Shown here piece after piece: positions 49,607 to 54,953 of a stretch of DNA of 54,953 nt; position 1 is the first letter of the stretch; each line of letters opens with the position of its first letter. The stretch is from Malacoraja senta (taxonomy: Eukaryota), in NCBI GenBank assembly GCA_038087875.1, contig JAXLNO010000453.1:1-54953 (forward strand), given 5' to 3'. The notes under the pieces were generated by a model. That model made no database searches. It was not told the DNA's origin and was given only the letters and a program-made list of their open reading frames with translations. The position numbers were made by a program, and so were the translations under genes.

Positions 49607-52600
49607 AAAATGCAAATGGTGGTTTGCTTTGAAAATGGAAAAGTTTGTTTGCTTTGAAAATGCAAAAGGTCGTTTGCTTTGAATTTGCAAAAGGTGGTCT
49701 GCTTTGAAAATGCAAAAGGGGTTTGCTTTGAAAATGCAAAAGGTGGTTTGCTTTGAAAATGCAAAAGGTGGTTTGCTTTGAAAATGCGAAAACAATCTTG
49801 CTTTGAAAATGCAAAAGGTGGTTTGCTTTGAAAATGCAAAAGGTGGTTTGCTTTGAAAATGCGAAAACAATCTTGCTTTGAAAATGCAAAAGGTGGTTTG
49901 CTTTGAAAATGCAAAAGGTGGTTTGTTTTGAAAATGCGAAAAATGTTTTGATTTGAAAATGCAAAAGGTGGTTTGCTTTGAAAATGGAAAGGGTGGTTGG
50001 TTTTGAAAATGCAGAAGGTGGTTTGTTTTGAAAATGCGAAAAATGTTTTGATTTGAAAATGCAAAAGGTGGTTTGCTTTGAAAATGCAAAAGGTGGGTTG
50101 CTTTGAAAATGCAAAAGGTGGTTCGTTTTTAAAATGCAGAAGGTGGTTTGTTTTGAAAATGCGAAAGGTGGTTTGCTTTGAAAATGCAAAAGGTGGGTTG
50201 CTTTGAAAATGCAAAAATGTTTGCTTTGAAAATGCAAAAGGTGGTTTGCTTTGAAAATGGAAAAGGTCGTTTGCTTTGAAAATGCAGAAGGTGGTTTGTT
50301 TTGAAAATGCAAAAGGTGGTTTGCTTTGAAAATTCCAAAGGTGGATTGCTTCGTAAATGCAAAAGGTGGTTTGCTTTGAAAATGCAAAAGGTGGTTTGCG
50401 TTGAAAATGCAAAAGGTCGTTTGCTTTGAAAATGCAAAAGGTGGTTTGCTGCTTTGCATTGAAAATGCAAAAGGTGGTTTACTTTGAAAATGCAAAAGGT
50501 GGTGGGCTTTGTAAAAGCAATGGTGGTTTGCTTTGAAAATGCAAATAGTGGTTTGCTTTGAAAATGCAAAAGGTGGCTTGGTTTGAAATTGCAAAAGGTG
50601 GTTTGCTTTGAAAATGCAAAAGGTTGTTTGCTTTGAAAATGCAAAAGATGGTTTGTTTTGAAAAAGCAGAAGGTGGTTTGTTATTAAAATGCAAAAGGTG
50701 GTTTGCTTTGAAAATGCAAAAGGTGGTTTGCTTTGAAAATGCAAAAAGGTTTGCTTTTAAAATACAGTAGGTGGTATGCTTTGAAAATGGAAAAGGTGTT
50801 TTGCTTCCAAAATGCAAAAGGTGGTTTGCTTTGAAATTGCAAAAAGTGGTTTGCTTTGAAAATGCAAAAGGTGGTTTGCTTTGAAAATACAAAAGGTGGT
50901 TAGCTTTGAAAATGCAAAAGGTGGCATGCTTTTAATATGCAAAAGGTGATTTGCTTTGAAAATGCAAAAGGTAGTTTGCTTTGAAAATCCAAAAGGTGGT
51001 TTGCTTTGAAAAAGCAAAAGGTGGTTTGCTTTGAAAAGGTGGTTTGCTTTGAAAATGCATAATGTGGTTTGCTTTGAAAATGAAAAAGGTGGTTTGTTTT
51101 GAAAATGCAAAAGGGTTTGCTTTGAAAATGCAAAGGGTTTGCTTCGAAAATGCAAATAGTGGTTTGCTTTGAAGGGCAAATGTTGGTTTGCTTTGAAAAT
51201 GGAAAATGTGTATGCTTTGAAAATGCAAAAGGTGGATTTGTTTGAAAATGCAAAAGGTGGTTTGCTTTGAAAATGCAAAAAGGTTTGCTTTTAAAATGCA
51301 GTAGGTGGTTTGCTTTGAAAATGGGAAATGTGTATGCTTTGAAAATGCAAAAGGTGGTTTGCTTTGAAATTGCAAAACGTGGTTTGCTTTGAAAATGGAA
51401 AAGGTGGTTTGCTTTGAAAATACAAAATGTGGTTTGCTTTGAAAATGCAAAAGCTGGTTTGCTTTTAAAATGCAAAAGGTGGTTTGCTTTGAAAATGCAA
51501 ATGGTGGTTTGCTTTGAAAATGGAAAACATGGTTTGCTTTGAAAATGCAAAAGGTGGTTTGGTATAAAAATGACAAAAAGTGGTTTGCTTTGAAAATGGA
51601 AAAGGTGGTTTGCTTTGAAAATTTAAAAGGTCGTTTGCTTTGAAAATGCAAAAGTTGGTTTGCTGGTTTGCATTGAAAATGCAAAAGGTGGTTTACTTTG
51701 AAAATGGAAAAGGTGATGTGCTTTGAAAATGCAAATGGTAGTTTGCTTTGAAAATGGAAAAGGTGGTTTGCTTTGAAAATGCAAAAGGTCCTTTGCTTTG
51801 TAAGTGCAAAAGATGGTTTGCTTTGAAAATGCAGAAGGTGGTTTGCTTTGAAAATGCAAAAGGTCGTTTGCTTTGAAAGTGCAAAAGGTGGTTTGCTTTG
51901 AAAATGCTAAATGTGGTTTGCTTTGAAAATGTAAAACGTGGTTTGCTTTGAAAATGCAAAAGGTGGTTTGCTTTGAAAATGCAAAATGTGGTTCGCTTTG
52001 AAACTGCAAAAGGTGGTTTGCTTTGAAAATGCAAAAGGTGGTTTGCTTTGAAAATGCAATGGTGATTTGCCATGAAATTGCAAAAGGTGGTTTGCTTTGA
52101 AAAGGTGGTTTGCTTTGAAAATGCAAAAGATGGTTTGCTTTGAAAATGCAAAAGGCGGTTTGCTTTGAAAATGCAAAAGGTGGTTTGCATTGAAAATGCA
52201 AAAAGGTTTGTTTTTAAAATAGAGTAGGTGGTTTGCTTTGAAAATGGGAAAGTTAGTTTGCTTCGAAAATGCAAAAGGCGGTTTGCTTTGAAATTGCAAA
52301 AAGTGGTTTGCTTTGAAAATGCAAAAGGTGGTTTGCTTTGAAAATACAAAAGGTGGTTTGCTTTGAAAATGCAAAAGGTGGCTTGCTTTTAATATGCAAA
52401 AGGTGATTTGCTTTGAAAATGCGAAAGGCGGTTTGCTTTTCAAATGCAAAAGGTGGTTTGCTTTTAAAATGCAAAAGGTGGTTTTCTGGATTGCATTGAA
52501 AATGAAAAAGGTGGTTTACTTTGAAAATGGAAAAGTTGGTGTGCTTTGAAAATGCAAAAGGTGGTTTGCTTTGAAAATGCAAAAGGTGGTTTGCTTTGAA

Positions 52601-53857
52601 AATGAAAAAGTTCGTTTGCTTTGAAAATGCAAAAGGTGGCTTGCTTTTAATATGCAAAATGTGGTTTGCTTTGAAAATGCAAAAGGTCGTTTGCTTTTAA
52701 AATGCAAAAGGTGATTTGCTTTGAAAATGCTAAAGGTGGTTTGCTTTGAAAATGCAAAAGGTGGTTTGCTTTGAAAAGGTGGCTTGCTTTGAAAATGCAA
52801 AAGGTGGTTTGCTTTGAAATTGCAAAAGGTGGTTTGCTTTGAAAATGCAAATGGTGGTTTGTTTTGAAAATCCAGAAGGTGGTTTGTTTTGAAAATGCAA
52901 AAGGTGGATTGCTTTGAAAATGCAAAAGGTGGTTTGCTTAGAAAATGCAAAAGGAGATTTGCTTTGAAAATACAAAAGCTGGTTTGCTTTGAAAATGGAA
53001 AAGGTGGTTTGCTTTGAAAATGGAAAAGGTGGCTTGTTTTGAAATTGCAAAAAGTGGTTTGCTTTGAAAATGCAAAAGTGGTTTGCTTTGAAAATGCAAA
53101 AGGTGATTTGCTTTGAAAATGCAAAAGGTGGTTTGCTTTGAAAATGCAAATGGTCATTTGCTTTGAAAATGCAAAAGGTGGTTTGCTTTGAAAATGCAAA
53201 AGGTGGTTTGCTTTGAAAATGCGAAAACAATCTTGCTTTGAAAATGCAAAAGGTGGTTTGCTTTGAAAATGCAAAAGGTGGTTTGCTTTGAAAATGCGAA
53301 AACAATCTTGCTTTGAAAATGCAAAAGGTGGTTTGCTTTGAAAATGCAAAAGGTGGTTTGTTTTGAAAATGCGAAAAATGTTTTGATTTGAAAATGCAAA
53401 AGGTGGTTTGCTTTGAAAATGGAAAGGGTGGTTGGTTTTGAAAATGCAGAAGGTGGTTTGTTTTGAAAATGCGAAAAATGTTTTGATTTGAAAATGCAAA
53501 AGGTGGTTTGCTTTGAAAATGCAAAAGGTGGGTTGCTTTGAAAATGCAAAAGGTGGTTCGTTTTTAAAATGCAGAAGGTGGTTTGTTTTGAAAATGCGAA
53601 AGGTGGTTTGCTTTGAAAATGCAAAAGGTGGGTTGCTTTGAAAATGCAAAAATGTTTGCTTTGAAAATGCAAATGGTTGTTTGCTTTGAAAATGGAAAAG
53701 GTGTTTTGCTTTGAAAACGCAACAGGTCGTTTGCTTTGATAATGCAAAAGGTGGTTTGCTTTGAAAATGCAAAAATGTTTGCTTTGAAAATGCAATAGAT
53801 TGTTTGCTTTGAAAATGGAAATGACGGTTTGCTTTGAAAATGCAAGAGGTGGTTTGC

Positions 53858-53995
53858 TTTGAAAATGCAAAGGCAAGTGAGGGTGATTTGAAAATGCAAA
53901 GGCAAGTGCGTTTGGTTTGAAAATGCAAAGGCAAGTGCGGTTGCTTTGAAAATGCAAAGGCAAGTGCGGTTGCTTTGAAAATGCATAGGCAAGTG
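53858..53995 (+). repeat. 29-bp terminal variant of the 25-bp satellite, 5 copies
   Basis: GGCAAGTG at 53872, 53901, 53930, 53959 and 53988; unit TTTGAAAATGCAAAGGCAAGTGCGGTTGC. Confidence 0.93.
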
Positions 53996-54204
53996 ATTAA
54001 AAGTCAAATCTTGACCACTTCCTGTTAGCACTGTATATTGATTTTAGAAAAATCTCTACCACTTACGGCTTCGATTTTTGGCCATATTACACAGTCCCCC
54101 TCCAGCTGTTAGGGCCAGAGGATTTTTCCTATCGATGAAAAATATAAGATTTATTAATGTTTAAATAATTTTGAAATTCTCTCTCCTGTCAATCATGCTA
54201 TGGA

Positions 54205-54250
54205 GGCCACGCCCCATCCGGTGGGAGGGGGGGAATATAAACCCGGAAGT
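54205..54250 (+). promoter_or_regulatory. Pol II promoter-like motif cluster (GC box, TATA, ETS)
   Basis: GGCCACGCCCC 54205-54215, TATAAA 54236-54241, CCGGAAGT 54243-54250; motif match only. Confidence 0.3.
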
Positions 54251-54418
54251 GTGCACTTGCCGCAGTCGCTGCAAGATGTGGGAGGGAGAGGTCACGACTC
54301 TCAGTCTGAGCAGTGAATAAACTGAACACTGAACACATGTCTACTAAACTGTGTGTGGTTTTATGTGCTTTTATGTGGTTTATTTGGAACTGTGTTTGGA
54401 AGGAATAAATGTTTTTAC

Positions 54419-54632
54419 GTGCCTTTTGACTGTGTCGCTAATTGAAAAGTGTGCCTTTTGACTGTGCCGCTAATTGAAAAGTGTGCCTTTTGACTGTGCC
54501 GCTAATTGAAAAGTGTGGCTTTTGACTGTGCCGCTAATTGAAAAGTGTGCCTTTTGACTGTGCCGCTAATTGAAAAGTGTGCCTTTTGACTGTGCCGCTA
54601 AATGGAAAGGATGCCTTTTGACTGTGCCGCTA
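54419..54632. repeat. 32-bp minisatellite, about 6.7 copies
   Basis: G(C/G)CTTTTGACTGTG at 54421, 54453, 54485, 54517, 54549, 54581 and 54613; unit GTGCCTTTTGACTGTGCCGCTAATTGAAAAGT. Confidence 0.96.
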
Positions 54633-54645
54633 AACTGTGCCTATA

Positions 54646-54716
54646 TTTTAAAATGTGATTTGCGTTATAAATGTGGCTTGCGTTTTAATGTGGCTTGCGT
54701 TTTAAATGTGGCTTGC
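54646..54716. repeat. 17-18-bp tandem repeat, 4 copies
   Basis: ATGTG(G/A)(C/T)TTGC at 54653, 54671, 54688 and 54706. Confidence 0.85.
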
Positions 54717-54953
54717 TGTGCAACCGTTTTTGGAAGGAAAAACAGTGAATAAACGTTTTATTAGATCAGGACTGTGTTTAATGCAAAATTGCCGCTCATT
54801 CCGTGACTTCCGCTTAGTGGAGAGATGGTGCTGATTGCGTCATTTCCGGTGAGTTCAGAGGTGGCGCTCAGTGCGGAAGGGTATAGTGGAGACACCGCCC
54901 TGAACCGTTAGTAACAGGATTCAGTTTGCTTACCACATTCTGAAGTTACTTGG

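Larger units (their letters stand above)
15620..53857 (+). repeat. 25-bp satellite array, about 38 kb including insertions, with higher-order structure
   Basis: Head-to-tail TTTGCTTTGAAAATGCAAAAGGTGG, one orientation throughout; recurrent length variants (18, 22-24, 26, 33 bp). Confidence 0.99.
53996..54790 (+). mobile_element. Probable non-autonomous transposon (possibly Helitron-like) with internal tandem repeats; boundaries uncertain
   Basis: Non-coding block starting ATTAAAAGTCAAATCTTGACCACTTCCTG, followed by internal minisatellites, an architecture common in non-autonomous Helitrons. Neither a 5' TC nor a 3' hairpin-CTAG terminus is visible. Confidence 0.4.

Noticed and set aside
15620..53857. 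CRISPR array (25-bp partly palindromic repeat)
   Set aside because: Head-to-tail repeats with no unique spacers, no cas genes, and a vertebrate retroelement context.
15618..54031. Dozens of long minus-strand ORFs (up to 489 aa) repeating KANHLLHFQSKPPFAFSKQTTFCIF
   Set aside because: The minus-strand monomer CCACCTTTTGCATTTTCAAAGCAAA has no stop in any frame; ORFs overlap in all three frames and indels are not multiples of 3, so there is no sign of coding constraint.
54253..54261. GCACTTGCC, reverse complement of GGCAAGTGC in the 29-bp terminal monomer
   Set aside because: Only 9 bp; plausible by chance.
54850..54870. CTCF site (AGGTGGCGC) as a heterochromatin boundary
   Set aside because: Only the 3' half of the core matches; the upstream CCASY part is absent.

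Overview
Eukaryotic heterochromatin-like DNA, most likely from a cartilaginous fish (inferred from the HER1/CR1-type LINE tails). No intact host gene, RNA gene or CRISPR array is visible. Layout: (i) 1-2380, a nest of three CR1-clade LINE 3' fragments, PIF/Harbinger-like MITE pieces and two minisatellites; (ii) 2381-15619, a C-rich 19-bp satellite (CTAGAC[T/C]CAGGCCCCACTT, about 690 copies) that begins with about three inverted monomers; (iii) 15620-53857, an unrelated 25-bp satellite (TTTGCTTTGAAAATGCAAAAGGTGG) directly abutting it, with kb-scale higher-order duplications and five retroelement insertions confined to 39.4-49.6 kb (three 5'-truncated L1-clade ORF2/3'UTR copies, one antisense poly(A)-tailed fragment, one GC-rich TTGAA-tailed element); (iv) 53858-54953, a 29-bp terminal variant of the satellite and a probable non-autonomous transposon with internal tandem repeats. 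The many long minus-strand ORFs are artefacts of a stop-free satellite strand. I did not find a new protein-based system. The best leads are a frameshift shared by independently inserted L1 copies just upstream of the CCHC domain, an L1 duplicated together with three satellite monomers, and hints that both satellites arose from transposons at their outer edges.
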